NCBI GenBank assembly: GCA_010015805.1
Contig: ML978126.1
Coordinates: forward strand, 1 to 64,000
Origin: Rhizodiscina lignyota
Taxonomy: Eukaryota
Direction: 5' to 3'
Length of the DNA stretch: 64,000 nucleotides
Shown here: positions 51,052 to 64,000 of the stretch, piece after piece
Layout: every line of letters starts with the position of its first letter
Numbering within the stretch: the stretch's first letter is position 1
Position numbers and translations under genes: made by a program
Notes under the pieces: model-generated
The model's input: only the letters and a program-made list of their open reading frames with translations
Databases searched by the model: none
Told to the model about the DNA's origin: nothing

Positions 51052-51949
51052 ATGACTTCGGAATCAAAATCCATATTCATCATTGGTGGCGGAACCGGCA
51101 TTGGATTTGAAGCTGTCAAATACATTGTCGCTGAAGGGTCACAGTCGACAAAGCTGGTGGTTTTTGGACTGCAAATTGACGATGAGCTTCAGAGCCTTGC
51201 AACCAAACATTCTGAACGGATTTGGCTCATCAAAGGCGATGTCACAGATGCAGCTGAGCGCGAAAAAGCCTTTCAGACATGTCTGGCGCAAATGGGGGGC
51301 ATCGACACGCTGGTGTACACGGCCGGAATACTTGCACCCATCGAACGTATCGAGAAGATATCGATAGACGATGTAAAGAGAGTGTTTGAAGTCAATCTAT
51401 TCAGCACGATGGTCGTGGTAAGTTGGACTTTGAGCACAACGAATGACATCGCGCCGTTCGCTAATTCAAGGCAGTGCCAACAAGCTCTTCCATATCTCCA
51501 TCGCAGCAAGGAAGCGAAAGTTATCATTCTCTCTTCTGCGTGTGACTCTAGTGTCATCTACAATGGCTGGGTTAGCTATTGCACTTCAAAGGCCGCCTTG
51601 AGTCAATTCGTGCGCCTCCTCGCACACGAAGAACCCAACATTTGCGTCCAAGGAGTATACCCACACTTAACGGGGACCCAGATGCCAGCAGACATTTTCG
51701 CGGGAAAATTCAAAGGCATCATGGCGGATTCAGAGATTGAAAAGTTCAAGAACTGGGAGAAACAGGGCGATGTCATAGAGCCGGCAGCTTGGTGTGGGGT
51801 GGTAAGTGTTATCAGCCTTTCAGCTCCATCTCAAGACGTTGTTAACCTCTCCGATCGTGCAGACTGTAGCGAAACTGGCTCTTGGGGTCGCAAAAGGAGG
51901 CAAAAGCGGCGAGATCTTGTATCACGACGAGCATGTACCTCGAGTGTAG
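51052..51949 (+). CDS. Short-chain dehydrogenase/reductase
   Basis: IFIIGGGTGIG, IDTLVYTAG, YCTSKAAL; two introns; spliced end ...YHDEHVPRV stop. Confidence 0.88.
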
Positions 51950-52328
51950 TCGACCATTTCGTGAATCCCGTCATAGTAGTTGTCTACTGACTCGTAAGCG
52001 ATAACGTAACTTATCTACCTATCGCTGATCAGTTGAAGTTTTGGTGATAGTCTGCTGGGGCTTACTTCGATGGTTGCATTATTTCCATGTCCTGCGGAAA
52101 GTCAAGATCCACATCGCGCCTTGCTCCGCATTCATGGATCCTGCGTCGGCTTTAACCTTGGGTACAATCAACGCCTCCTCTCCATGTCTGATCAACGCCA
52201 CCCGCATTATATGTGTATGATTGATTGAATACGGCTGTATCATCGATATTTCATCTATAACTATACGCCTGGAGATTGTGTTTAGCTCCGCGCGTTGGAT
52301 TCACCTTTGTCGTCAATTAGCCTTCAGA

Positions 52329-54054
52329 ATGGACAAGTACAGCTTGAAAATAGGACCTTTTCCGCAACTCGCTGGGGATCCTTATCTATTTTCCGGTGCT
52401 GCCATTGCTCTTTTAATTGTCTCTGCAATAATTTTCCATGTAGGTCCTTACATAATGATTTAGTGAAGGGAACATTTTGACAAAGGTAGTATGCATATTC
52501 GACCGATATCCCAAAAATTGCAGGAATACCAGAGATACCAGGAGCGAGGCCTTTCCTTGGTCATCTGCATTTGCACGCCGGTGCATCCGGTAAGAATGAC
52601 GGCGCTTTCTGGGCTGTGTGGTCGAAGAGACTTGGTTCGGATCTGCTTCAAGTCAGATGGGGCAACCGTCGTGTGGTAATTGCGAACTCTTTCGACAGTG
52701 TGAAAGAGCTCTTTGTTACCAATGCAGCGGCAACCAGCGCCCGGCCTAGGCAGTACATATTCGAGAAATATGTGGGATACGATATGGGTTCTCACTCTCT
52801 CGATGAGCATTTCAAAGCTCAGCGAACTGCCGCTATCAAGTCGGTGCAGCCCCGACAATGGACATCTTTCTACAGCAGTCTCAACAGGGAAGGCGACAGG
52901 CTAATTGCGAATCTTGCGGAACAGGGCGACTATGGGAAGCGCTCAATCTTCCCGTTGAAGATGATGCAGATCGTTGCGATGAATCTGGCCTGGCGAATCA
53001 CATTCGACAAGTCGTTCGACGATGCCAATGATCCGTGGCTCAGGGAATATATCGACAACGCTTGCTTGATTACCAAGGTTCGTGGAGCTTCGAACACATA
53101 CTCCGACTTTGTTCCAATCTTGAGATTGCATCCAAAATACAGGCGTATGGGCGTGCAGGGTAGGATGGCCTCGCAGAAGAGATCAAAAATGCTCGATGAG
53201 GTCGTTCAAGGGTTGAAATTGCGCTTGTCAAATGGAGAGGAGCCGAATTGCATTGCAGCTTCCATCATGAAAGAGGACAGCCATCTTTCGACGTGTGAGT
53301 TTGAGCCTTAGCATGTCGTGTCGAGCACCACGCGCTGACTATGGTTGCCACAGGGGATGCGATTAAAGCCTCAACATCGATGCTACAAGGCAGCACCGAG
53401 ACTGTCCCAAGTCATCTGTGCGCCGGTTTGGGAGGTATGATCCAAGGTGACGGCCCCGGGTTCCAGGAGAAAGCGTATGCGGATATTCTGAAGCATTTTC
53501 CGAACGGCGATGCCGCAGAACACGCGTTCACGGAAGAATCATGTCCTTACATCGTTGCGCTTTACAAGGAGGTATTGCGCAACTATGCCATCCTGCCGTT
53601 TTCTTTACCTCGTGCCGCAGCTGAAGAGGTCCATCTCAAGTCCGGCATCACGATTCCCAAAGGAACGGCGCTGTACATGAACTCGGAAGCTGCCAACCAT
53701 GACGAGTCGACATATGGACCTACTGCCCATCTGTTTGATCCGGAGCGCTGGCTTACGGATTCCGAACTGAATGGTCTTGGAACTCCGCATTGCGCTTATG
53801 GAGTTGGTGCGCGTGTCTGTCCAGCATGGAACATCGCGAATCGCATCTTGTACGGACTGCTGTTTCGCATGGTCCTCGCATTCCAATTGCAGGCCGATCC
53901 AGAAGACCCTCCTCCAGAAAGCTACGAGGATTTCGGGTGCACCCCAGATATGGTTCTCAACTCGCCGCGCCCGTTCAAGGTTCGATTTGTCCCGAGAGAT
54001 GAAGCAAAATTGCGAGATGAAGTAGAAAGGATCAGGATGACAATAAAAGGGTAG
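52329..54054 (+). CDS. Cytochrome P450 (CYP504/phenylacetate-hydroxylase-like)
   Basis: N-terminal TM anchor; IAGIPEIPGARPFLGHL; KEVLR (ExxR), PERW, heme motif HCAYGVGARVCPA; two introns. The family assignment is from motif resemblance only. Confidence 0.88.
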
Positions 54055-55121
54055 TGTTCTTGAAATGGTTTTTGGAAGGCCAGCCGGCGGGCATATCTGG
54101 TCGGGCTGTCCTTCTATGGTTTAAAGTTGAGAAACCTTTACTGTGTAAATCAAATGCATACAAACTCAATACAAGTGTTGAAATACCTCTTGCACTTTGA
54201 ATCGAGTATGTATTTCCAGCAAAGTGTGTGAAATTTTCCAGGTTTGCGTAAACGAGATGAGCAGACTCCACATGGAGCGCTAGCATTGTAGATTTTGCCT
54301 TTGGCCGCGCGTGAACGAGTAGTAACTCGAAGATAAATTAAGAAACTTTGGTATTAGAAGTTCAGGCAGGTACGAGGGATATAGAAGCTGAATAACTGGA
54401 AGTCATCGGTAATCCATTCGACGTCGTGATAGTGCAATGTGTTCAAGACCTTCAGTCAGCGGACAAATTGACTGCCTGATGGAGGTTGACGATGCCAATC
54501 ACAATAGTGTAAAGGAATAATGGCTGTAGCCTCCGTAATGTGACGAGATTGATCTAGTAGTAATTATTTGAAATATAGCAGATCTGAAGAATAAGTCATC
54601 ATTCCTCGGAATTTGTTGCCCGGAATCTGGTGTTGAAAACCCATTAGGAATAGCTTCGTACAGAGAACTCAGCTCTTCTTGGGTACTTAGGTAAAGTAGG
54701 ATGATTACTTAACGTGCCGCCGAAGATGTGAAGCTGATTAGTGAAAGTATATGAAAGAAACAAGCCCCGAACTAGTGGACGTTAAGATGAATTTAGAAAA
54801 GAGGCCGAGCAGCACCCCCGAGTTTAAGATCGCACAATATATCACGTGAGATATACCATTTTAGGGAAATCAATGCCTATTCAAGTAGAAGGGACTGATC
54901 TGATGCTGCAAGTTAGTGTTTTGCGAAGAAATGCTTGGGAGAGCGCACAAGGCGTTGGGGTCACCTCCAAGGTGGAGAAGATGAGGGGGGCGGATAACTC
55001 TATCCTCCGCAACGCATGAAACATGCCGAACAGTTCCATTTCGCGCGTTCTTGCTGCAACAATCATCAAGTTGATAATGTAATTGTTAAGTTGAAGTGAG
55101 TTATGCTCAAAGGTGGACAGC

Positions 55122-56093
55122 ATGTCGGAGATTCAATTTTCAGGTCTCTTTGACTTGACGGACAAGGTCGCTGTAATAACGGGCGGTACGCCTTCGACGT
55201 TCAAACAACCCGTCATGATGGAAGCTGAATAAATACAGGCTCTCGTGGGCTCGGCCTGTATACAGCGACAGCATTCCTTCATGCAGGCGCGAGAAAAGTC
55301 ATTCTAGTCTCGCGAAAGGCTGAAGGACCACAAGGGCTTAACCAGGCCGTGCAGAAATTGAACGCTTTACCACTGCACGGCGAGGCTATCAGTATCGCGG
55401 CCGACTTATCCAAGCCTTCAGAGGTCGAGCGGGTGGTCGAACACCTCAAGAAAACAGAGGAGAAGATTGACATACTGATTGCTAATGCTGCGGCCACATG
55501 GGGCGGTCGTTTCGATGAGACGCCTGACTGGGCTGTCGCAAAGGTGCTGGACCTCAATGTGAGGAGCGTCTTTAACCTGGTCCGCCTGTAAGTTCTGCCA
55601 CGAAATCGAACACATCAAGCAGCACAGATTCCGAAAGCTGACCACCACCAAAAGGATGGCACCACTGCTCGAGAAAGCAGGGAAGATCGGTGACCCGTCG
55701 AGGATTGTGATTACCGGTGCTGGTGCTGGACTGATGGTCCCACCGTTTGGTCCTGAAAACAGGGTGATATCGTATGGCGTTAGCAAGGCGGCAGCTCATC
55801 ATCTCGCGCGATATCTGGCAGTCGAGCTGGGCCCACGCAACATCGCGACGAATGCCATCGCCCCTGGTTTCTTCCCCTCCAAGCTCGCAAATGGGCTGGT
55901 GGACATCTTGGGTGGCTTTGACGCCATGGCAAAAGCAAATTTGCTTGGAAGGTACGGCAGGCCAGAGGACATAGCTGGCGTGATGCTTTTCCTGTGCAGT
56001 CGAGCCGGGTCGTGGGTGAATGGAGTGGTCCTCGAGGTCACTGGCGGCTCCCACCTTGTGGGTGATAGGCCTCCTTCGAAAAGTAAGCTGTGA
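55122..56093 (+). CDS. Short-chain dehydrogenase/reductase (RhlG-like) with PTS1 (-SKL)
   Basis: KVAVITGGSRGLG (spliced), IDILIANAAATWG, YGVSKAAAHH, NAIAPGFFPSK; ends PPSKSKL. Confidence 0.92.
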
Positions 56094-56805
56094 GGCCAGA
56101 TAGAGCGTTTACTCCAGTAGGATAGTGCCCGATGAGCGTCATAAAATCCATCCTCGGGATAATTAATGCACTTCGGCGTGAACTCGTCGCATTTCTCGAA
56201 GATCTCGTGTCGGAGCGACGGTGTTCGGTCGGAAAACAAGAATTCGAGAGTGGATTGCAAGTGACATCGGAAAATGAAATAAAGTTGGAACCAACACGAG
56301 CTTATGTAACTATGGTGAGTCTTCGAACCGTTCGAGCAGCTCATTCTGAGCGGCAGGCGCGTTTGATCACATCCTCAGGCGGAACATAGCAGCTGAACCT
56401 CTGCAGATCACAAACTCCCCGGACGAATCGATCGACTGAACATGCCGCTTTGGACACGATCTGGAACATTAGTAAGATGAACAAGGGCTTTGTAAATGGC
56501 GAAGCGTATGTAAAGGGATCGAGATAGAGCAGCATGAGCGAAAACGGCCGCCAAATACAGGGGAAATGGGGTCGCCAAGTCGGTGCAAGGGCTGGTGTGA
56601 ATTAAACATCCATGCGCACGTTCGGCCCGAACCTTAGGCTGGGGCGGGGAGGTTCCTGGAAGCAATCCCACAACCGATTTGAAACATGCGATATCTTCAT
56701 TGCAATTGGTCGGGAATAGCTATTTTACATTGACTTTGGCAGCCCTTCAATGCGGCTGAGACCGAGATGCATCACCGTTGCACAGTGCGCATGCGACCCA
56801 CCACC

Positions 56806-57402
56806 TCATGCAGATGCAGAGGCCGTCCCAGCAGCCGGCGACGGTTCAACAACCCAAACGTCATCTCCGACCCATTCTCCATTCACCATGACAGGTGTTG
56901 CATCGATGGACACAAACGCCATTCGTGCCCATTTGCTGCTGCTCTGGTTTCTCCAAATGTGCATCGTGCCCCTCTGAACTGTGACATCACCCCTCTTCAA
57001 AGCCTTTGATGCGCCTGAGTCAAGCACGCACTCCACGTCGCCTTCAATGACGAAACAGAAATCTAGGCTCTTTGTTCGCTTCCAGGATGAGATGTAACCG
57101 GGAGGCAAGTCGAAGAAACGCAGCCGGATGCCGCTTGGATTCTCCTGGCTCCCATCTTCGCTTTGCTCAAGATGGTCTGCGTATTCAAAAACATCGGAGT
57201 CGTTGATCAAGCGGACTGGAAACGCTGGAATTGCATATCCGAGGAATGACCCGAGAGGCAGGCGAGGATCATAATTGCCCCTCCAGGAGTTTGTCGAGTC
57301 TTCTAGATGCTGTGAGAAGATGGCGCGTCCTGTGGTGTCGTGCGAAGTGATATGTCTTTGGACTTTTCGAAGCGGGTTCCTGACGGCGTCTTCTCTCGGC
57401 AT
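56806..57402 (-). CDS. Cupin-domain protein
   Basis: RHITSHDTTGRA; RFFDLPPG...RTKSLDFCFVIEG...LDSG...LKRGDVTVQRGTMHIWRN is the fungal cupin-2 pattern. Confidence 0.88.
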   Translation of the reverse strand: MPREDAVRNPLRKVQRHITSHDTTGRAIFSQHLEDSTNSWRGNYDPRLPLGSFLGYAIPAFPVRLINDSDVFEYADHLEQSEDGSQENPSGIRLRFFDLPPGYISSWKRTKSLDFCFVIEGDVECVLDSGASKALKRGDVTVQRGTMHIWRNQSSSKWARMAFVSIDATPVMVNGEWVGDDVWVVEPSPAAGTASASA

Positions 57403-58163
57403 TGGAGCAACTTGGAGTAAGGTTTTGTGTAGAGAATATATTCGATTTGATGGTGGCTACTTAATGAGCCAATTCCTCGAAGTCTTGTAGTCGGAGAGCA
57501 AATATATATCGAAAGTGATTGTGTCGCGTGCAAGTTGATACCTCAGTTTTGAGCTTAAGTAAGGATAGCTCCCCACGGAAGCTAGTATGCTGCATCCTTA
57601 GATCCGAGAATAGTGATATAATCGTTGCATCGGGCCCCAGACCAACCATATTCGTGAACACGATACCGAAGCCGAATTAGGTAACGTCGGCGATGGGTTT
57701 GCTGACATAACAAGCGGAAGGTTGATTTGAACTGAGAGTTCCGCAGCTGGCGCAATCTTGCCTTAGTAATGACTCGAACACACTTAATCGGACCTTTTGC
57801 TGGTTTGGGTCGAAGGGCGTCGCAGTATAGCGATATCGTTTAGGTGTTTAATGATGCCGTACGTCAGTATCAGCAGCCTTGCGAGGATCGGTTAAACAAA
57901 TTTGGACTCAGAAGACTGTTCAGCTGGCATATCCAAGTCTTCATCAGCAAAAGAGGAGTCCCATGTTTCGAGTTATTCCAAACTCGTGTTCCTGTACCAG
58001 GTGTAGCGAGGTGTGGAGAGTGGCTAGGCTGCCCACGGAAAAGAGCAAGGGTTCCATGGAACTAAGGGTATGAGTCTTGGTATTCTGCCAAGGAAACTGA
58101 CGAACTTGGCGAATGTTGAAAACATCATCTAGCGTGAACACTCCACACAGAGTTTGTGATCTC

Positions 58164-60776
58164 TCAGAAGTATGTCATGTTGTCGAAAATTCCTAACCGA
58201 TCAAAGTTCTCGCTCTCGATCGGAAAAGGTGAAGGTAGGTTCCACCAGTCATCCGGAAAATCATCAAAGGACTCCGCAAATTGGCGAGTATCCACAGAAA
58301 CCATGCCATCACCTTCCGTTTCAGTCAGGACTGTGGTCGTTGCCTGCTCTTGTAGATGGCCTTTTCGTCCTTTCCGCCTCATTGATCTCAAATCACTGGG
58401 TCCGGAACATGAATTTTGAACTTCTCGTCGGCTTGTGAACGATAATAAAATAGAATCGCGAGTCGATTCTGCTTCATCATGGGCTGGGTGGACGTATCCA
58501 GGTCCGACGACGGGGAGCGACGAATCTCCTGGCGTAGCCTTGTTAAGCGCGTTATCCTCACCAATGTGTGGATGTGGTGTTTCTCCCGGAGTCATCATGT
58601 TCTGATGCATTTTCGCTTTATGCGCTGTTGCCGCATGCTGAAGCTTTTCTAGGGGGCCGTCCAAGATCTTCCAATACTGCTGTAGTATGCCGAGGACCAG
58701 CAGCAGCGTCTCAACCTGCGCTTCTCGCCCGCTAAGGTCGTAGTCCTCTCCTCGAAGATGTAAAGTCTCCGTGCGCGGTTTCGAGCTCATAAAAATGAGC
58801 AGCGCGGACCCTGCGACAAATATCGCGTAGCCAACGACAGGAGGAATCGTGGACACGTCTGCGCGCCCGGCCAAGTGGCGATCGAACATCTTGGCGACCA
58901 TGGATGCGTGGTACACAACTGTTTCGGCTCTATATTGCACATATTCATTCGGTACTGAGGGGTCCAAAGGAATGCCGGAGAATCTGGGGACGATGATGGA
59001 ATGCAGGATCATCTGGCATAAGTGGTAGAGTGACTCGAACATGACAATGTCGTCGAGACGTTCCGACTGATCGATGAGAACAGACGTTCTTCCTCTGGCA
59101 GGAGAGTCTGGGGCCTGATAGATGGAATCTGCGAGATCAGCGAGGGTGTCAATCACCTCGCATCTCTCCGCGACTCCCTCGGCAATAAGATCCATGGCTA
59201 CTACTTGCACCCTTGCCCTATTCTTCGTTTAGCAATAGCTACCATAAGGGCCATACGTGGGAAGTCGCTCACCAGATCCCGAGAATCTTCGCCACCCCTG
59301 CGAAGATAGACCGCCCGGAAGAATCCTCATCGGTGGAGCGATCACAACGGTGTGAATGCCATTCTGCATCCATTGTCTCGTTCGGTGTGACGAGAACTCC
59401 GGACGATATTCTTGTCAATGCGCAAGGCAATGGGAGTTGCTCAACTTCCAGCCAAGCATTTCGCAGATAAGCTTTCGGCGCGCCTGCTATACACAAAGTG
59501 AACCACGAATACCAGAAGCTACGTCTCGCCAGCTCTGCCTCTAGGGTAAACGTTTGATCTCTGAGTCTTGCTTCAGTTAATCTATTGAAGCCTAAAAGGT
59601 CACTGCAACGATATGCAATACCTGCGATCGAGACATCATTAGCCGTAGCTAAGCCGGGACGTGTGTGTTCTTACTAAACATCATTTCGGCGGCTCTTTTA
59701 TCTCCCAGTGAGAACCAATACATCATCAGCGACAACACTGACTGAAGAACGACAAGAGATGGTTCGAGAACAGCTAGCAGCAAGACCTCCTTGGTGGCAG
59801 TTTCGGCCCAGGGTCGGCCTCTCCGCTGATATCGACTCAGAGTAGCAAGCTCAGAAGGCTCTACGGAGTCATTTGTCGGGTCGTCCGCAGAAAGTTGTAA
59901 GAACCTAATAGCCAATTAGCACTGTTAGTAGTATCAGGAAGGATACAATCTTACAAAGTCGCGAGAGAAAACAAGGCCTTCAACAGGAACGGAGGTAGCC
60001 TATCATCCATGTAGTCCTGGAATAAAAGCGGTTTGTAGAAGAGCAGAGCGGCCTTATATATGCGCGAGTAGTAAATTTCCAGTAGAGAAAGACCTAAAGC
60101 TCGTGGTGGTAGTGAATCATCTTCAGTGCCGCTTGAATTGCCACCTTGTACAGTATGGAGACTGCTCGTCTGTGTGGTATAAGGGGGACTCAGACCAGGC
60201 TGGAAGTGTCAGTTTGTAATATATTTAGCGTAACTCGGAAACACAAACATGGTATCGGCCATTTCCAGTTTGTTCGGCTTGATTTGAGATTGTTGTCTTG
60301 CCGGATAATGGTAGTTGAAAGCTCGCTCGAATTGCTTCGACGCGCGAGGCGCTCTGGTCAGCGGCGCCATCATTTGCAAGTTCCTCTCGGACAGCCTGCC
60401 TTAAAGCAGAGGTCAAACTACTATCGACACTGTTGATTTGTTTAATCTTTCTTTTAGCGGCCAATGTTGACTTTCGAACAGCGGCATTGAGCTTTCGATC
60501 CGGTGGGGATGGAAAAATGCATGTCGCCCCCAGCCTGGTGCAGCGCAGACATCCCGAACGCTCACGGCTACATCGAAGCTTGGTAGAGGATCAGCGATAA
60601 ACAATATGAAAAGTGCTGGAAGTAGCAGATCAAGAACTATGTACCTTTTGTGAGCGACACCTCTGACAGGCGGTGCTGGAGAGGGCTTCCGTGCCACGTG
60701 GAGATGATGAGTTTGCGGAGTTGGTGGGAGCCGATGGCGTACCACCAGCATCTGGCCCTACAGATGCACCCAGCAT
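58164..60776 (-). CDS. Zn(II)2Cys6 fungal transcription factor
   Basis: Spliced ACQRCRSQK|LRCSRERSGCLRCTRLGATC near 60690-60520 (not in the ORF track); middle homology region with LQSVLSLMMYWF; several introns. Confidence 0.85.
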
Positions 60777-61201
60777 TCGGACAAAGTTATATAATGACTG
60801 CACAACAGGCGCACAGTCAAAGACATCAAGTCAAACGCGGAATTGGAGCAATCTTAGTTGAGACAAGCACTCAAATTCATCAAAATCAAAATGATTTGGT
60901 AAGCATTGACTTTCCCGTCTTCGGCTCTCACGACAAGGGTCACGGGTCACCAACACTGCAGAATAATTTTCGCGGTTCTGGTAGGTTCACGTCTCCATGA
61001 GAATATTTCATATTTTGAAGATTATACTATTGTACAAGTGTCCTAAACTGAAACTCCGTGCTTGTATGCTATGCTCCATGCCAGGCCATGCCATGTAAAC
61101 TTAAAACGCTTTTAACTGGAAAATGGAAGTTGCAATGATGAACTAGTCCGCTGTTTGCAGAACGATCATCGTTTCCGTGGGCCAGCATCAGCCCGAAGAG
61201 C

Positions 61202-62928
61202 TCAAAGGTCAACTCCTGCGCCCCTTGCCAGCAGTCGTACTGCCATCTTGGCTGCTTCTGCAGTTGGACTGACGGTTTCTTCGCCTCCTTCAGTAGAAGT
61301 AGTGTCGCCACCCTCACTAGTTGTTCCCTCCTTCTCAGCTAGGCGGTCAGGGTAGTAGTATGCGCTCACAGCAATCATGATGTACACAGTGAGGCATAGA
61401 TAGCCCTCGAGATAGTTGCTTTTGCCATCACGAAGGAAGTTTCCGACCACAAGGATGGCTAAAATTAGTACCACGGCATCGAAAACCTCGAAATTCAGAT
61501 CCATGTCAATATCCAGGCCCCATCCAACGATGACGATGATGGGGGTGTTGAGCAAGGCAGTCTGGATCGATGCGCCGAGGACATGGGAGAGGGCGAAATT
61601 CATCTGGTTATCCCACGCTTCGTCAATGGCAGTGAGATGCTCCGCTGCTTTCTCCACAATAGGGACTAGAATAAGACCCATGAAACTATAGGAGGTTAGT
61701 CTCAGTACCGGTTCACGGAAGCTGCAGATTATGGACGTACGCATCTGGGACATTGCGTTCGTTCACCAACCACTCAATTTCGTTGACAAGGAAATCCGCA
61801 ATGAGTGCAACGAAAGTCAGGGCCAGGACAAGGGCGAGAACACATTCGGTGAATGTGAGCTTCGCTTTGGCGAGATCTTTATGCCGGTCCTCATCGTTCT
61901 GTTCGTCTATCTCGAGGAGCTCGTCATATATACCATGGTGGGATCGCATTTGGAAAAATACGTAGCTGGGAGAGTTAGACGATAATACCGGCATCGTTTC
62001 GAAAGACTTACACCAAGAAAGCGACGAGTAACATAATCGCCGTGGCTCGGCTGATCTTCAAAACTTCATTACCGAGATGTGTGGTGTCAAAATCTGCATC
62101 ATTTCGAAGAGCAGCGGAGAAGGCCGACGGGATAACGAGACCCACTACAAAGCATAATTAGAACGCGACTTGAAGATATTGGTTTGGATGCCCTACTTCC
62201 TGCGACTAGCATTAAACCGCTCCCGACCTCACTAACCGCCTCGTGGAATTTTTGCTCATCCCGTTTTATCCCTCCCACCAAGAAGCACAGCCCCAAGCAG
62301 AGAAGGAGGTTGGCCAATATAGAACCAAGAATAGCAGCCTTAATAATCCGGACCGCATCATCATGGTTCTTGATAGTCGCGATCAGGATGACGAACAGTA
62401 TGATTTCCACGACGGAGCCGAGAGTAGTCTCTAGAATGACGCCGAACACTTTAGGGAGTTTTCGGGCGAGTTCTTGACCAGCGAAACCAATGAGATTCGC
62501 AGCGGGGACCATGGCGATGTAACTGAGTATGAAGATGGCGAGATGCCAGTCTGGACGGGCCCAGTGCTGAGTCCTTGTTTAGCATCGATCCTCTTCCAAG
62601 GAGTGATATATAAACGTACAAGTGCCAGAGCAGCAGGAACAGCAGGCCAGAAAACGTTCACGGCCGCTGATACTTTGTTACTGCTCCTCCCACATATCGC
62701 CAGAAACTTCAATGGGTGTATGCCACTCCTATAGCTCTCGCCATCCGGCTTGATCCATGGTGTGTGTTGGCCCGCAGTTCTGTGAAATGGCAGTCGATGA
62801 TCGCGATGAGGAGGTACAGTTTCATCGGCCTTGGGCTCGGGCTCCGGGGCCTCCTCTGCAGAATGACGAGCCATGGAGAAGGGTCGATTCGAGCGTTGGG
62901 AGGAAGGGGGTTTAGGCCGTGTAGTCAT
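61202..62928 (-). CDS. Vacuolar Ca2+/H+ exchanger (CAX/Vcx1 family)
   Basis: IIKAAILGSILANLLLCLGLCF; FMGLILVPIVEKAAEH; GASIQTAL; RDGKSNYLEG; several introns. Confidence 0.93.
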
Positions 62929-64000
62929 GGACTACTCTCTGTTGAGGGCTGGCGGTAAGAGCTCAAGGAATTGCTTCTGCGGCATCAATTCGCGGGATAC
63001 GAAGGTAGGAGCCGAGGAGCTGACTGCTTCGTTAGTGACGCCGGAGAGATGCTCCAAGCTCAAGGAGTGATGAGAAGGATTAGAGGAGCTCGAAAGGAGT
63101 GACGAGCAGTTGGAAGTCAAGAGTCTGGGCAGTTACAGAATCCGGTTGAGCGTGTTGTACAGCTGAGGTGGACCGACCAGTGGATTGGCATCGCCAAGAG
63201 ACACTCTAACGTGCGCGTGAAATTTGCCAGCCAAGCAATCTTCCACTGTGTTTGCTGATAATTTTTCAATCAAATTGGCCTGTTTCTCTCGACCTCGAGA
63301 GATCTGGACTGCTTTTATTTGCCCAATATGCTCTCCATTTTGCAATAATGCTTCGGTTTCTTCGTCTTTCTTGAGTGTGGAGCCGCCGTGCTTCGCCCCT
63401 TGTCAGCCAAGCAGTGGCATATGCACCTTGCCTCGAATCGGCAATGGCTGCGGTACAAGCCTATTTCTGAGCTGAAGTTCATGCTGTGTACTTTTGTTCA
63501 TTTTCGTTGTTGAGAGGGCATCCATATCTTATATACACTTCTCTACATTCCAACGACGTGGAGGGTTGAGGTTCGATACACATATCACGTGTTGCGTTAT
63601 CCTTCCCGCCCGCTGGCGCCAGGCGATGTCGAAGGTGACCAAAAAGTTGCGCCTACTACGACCGCGTAGGATTGGTATCCTCTTCTATCAATACGAGTTA
63701 TATTTATCATATTTCTACATTTTGAGCAATTACTAGATACCTAATTCATATTTAGTAAAGCTCTCTCAGACACGCTTTCCGTTGCGTAAAACACGAAACT
63801 TTTTCCTGTTACAGTTACACCATCTCCGCGTTCTCGGACCGATGCGCATCTATTTTGTGACCTCGGGGGCGGCTCGATGCGCAAGCCACTCGGCGCGAAC
63901 TGCGGATAAACTGCGATGTGTGGTGGAGATTGCAGCTTCATTCGGCTGATCCATGCCCTATGTCGATGAGCTGGCCTTGTGCCTGGGGTTGATGCTTATA

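Noticed and set aside
1..64000. CRISPR arrays, rRNA, tRNA, telomeric repeats, LTRs or Starship captain recombinase
   Set aside because: None recognised by eye; a tRNAscan/Rfam/repeat search would be needed to exclude small RNAs.

Overview
Intron-rich genomic DNA from a filamentous ascomycete (Pezizomycotina; GT-AG introns of about 50 nt with CTAAC/CTGAC branch sites, Zn2Cys6 and HET genes). The left part is a housekeeping block (Zn2Cys6 TF, ARC40/ARPC1, U2B''/U1A-like RRM protein, ATG10, HIS1, RPS28, BEM3-like RhoGAP). It is interrupted at about 7.9-15.1 kb by an accessory-looking segment holding a LINE RNase H relic, an intact intron-containing cellular reverse-transcriptase-related gene (rvt class, about 946 aa, LHDD catalytic motif) and, tail-to-tail with it, an intact stand-alone HET-domain gene. 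The rvt+HET pair is the most interesting feature: it resembles the RT-plus-cell-death-effector layout of bacterial defence systems, although functional linkage is only inferred. Also notable are an 86-bp exon+intron tandem duplication that created a new intron and microexon in the snRNP gene, a Kex2-processed small cysteine-rich secreted protein with a MiAMP1/crystallin-like pattern, and a zinc-knuckle pseudogene with RIP-like stop codons. The right half (34-61 kb) is dense in catabolic genes: five SDRs, a dienelactone hydrolase, a 2-hydroxyacid dehydrogenase, an amidase, an amino acid transporter, a CYP504-like P450, a cupin and a Zn2Cys6 TF, with three enzymes ending in peroxisomal -SKL. It ends with a Ca2+/H+ exchanger. 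No rRNA, tRNA or CRISPR was recognised. Exon boundaries were read by eye and family calls rest on motif recognition, not database searches.
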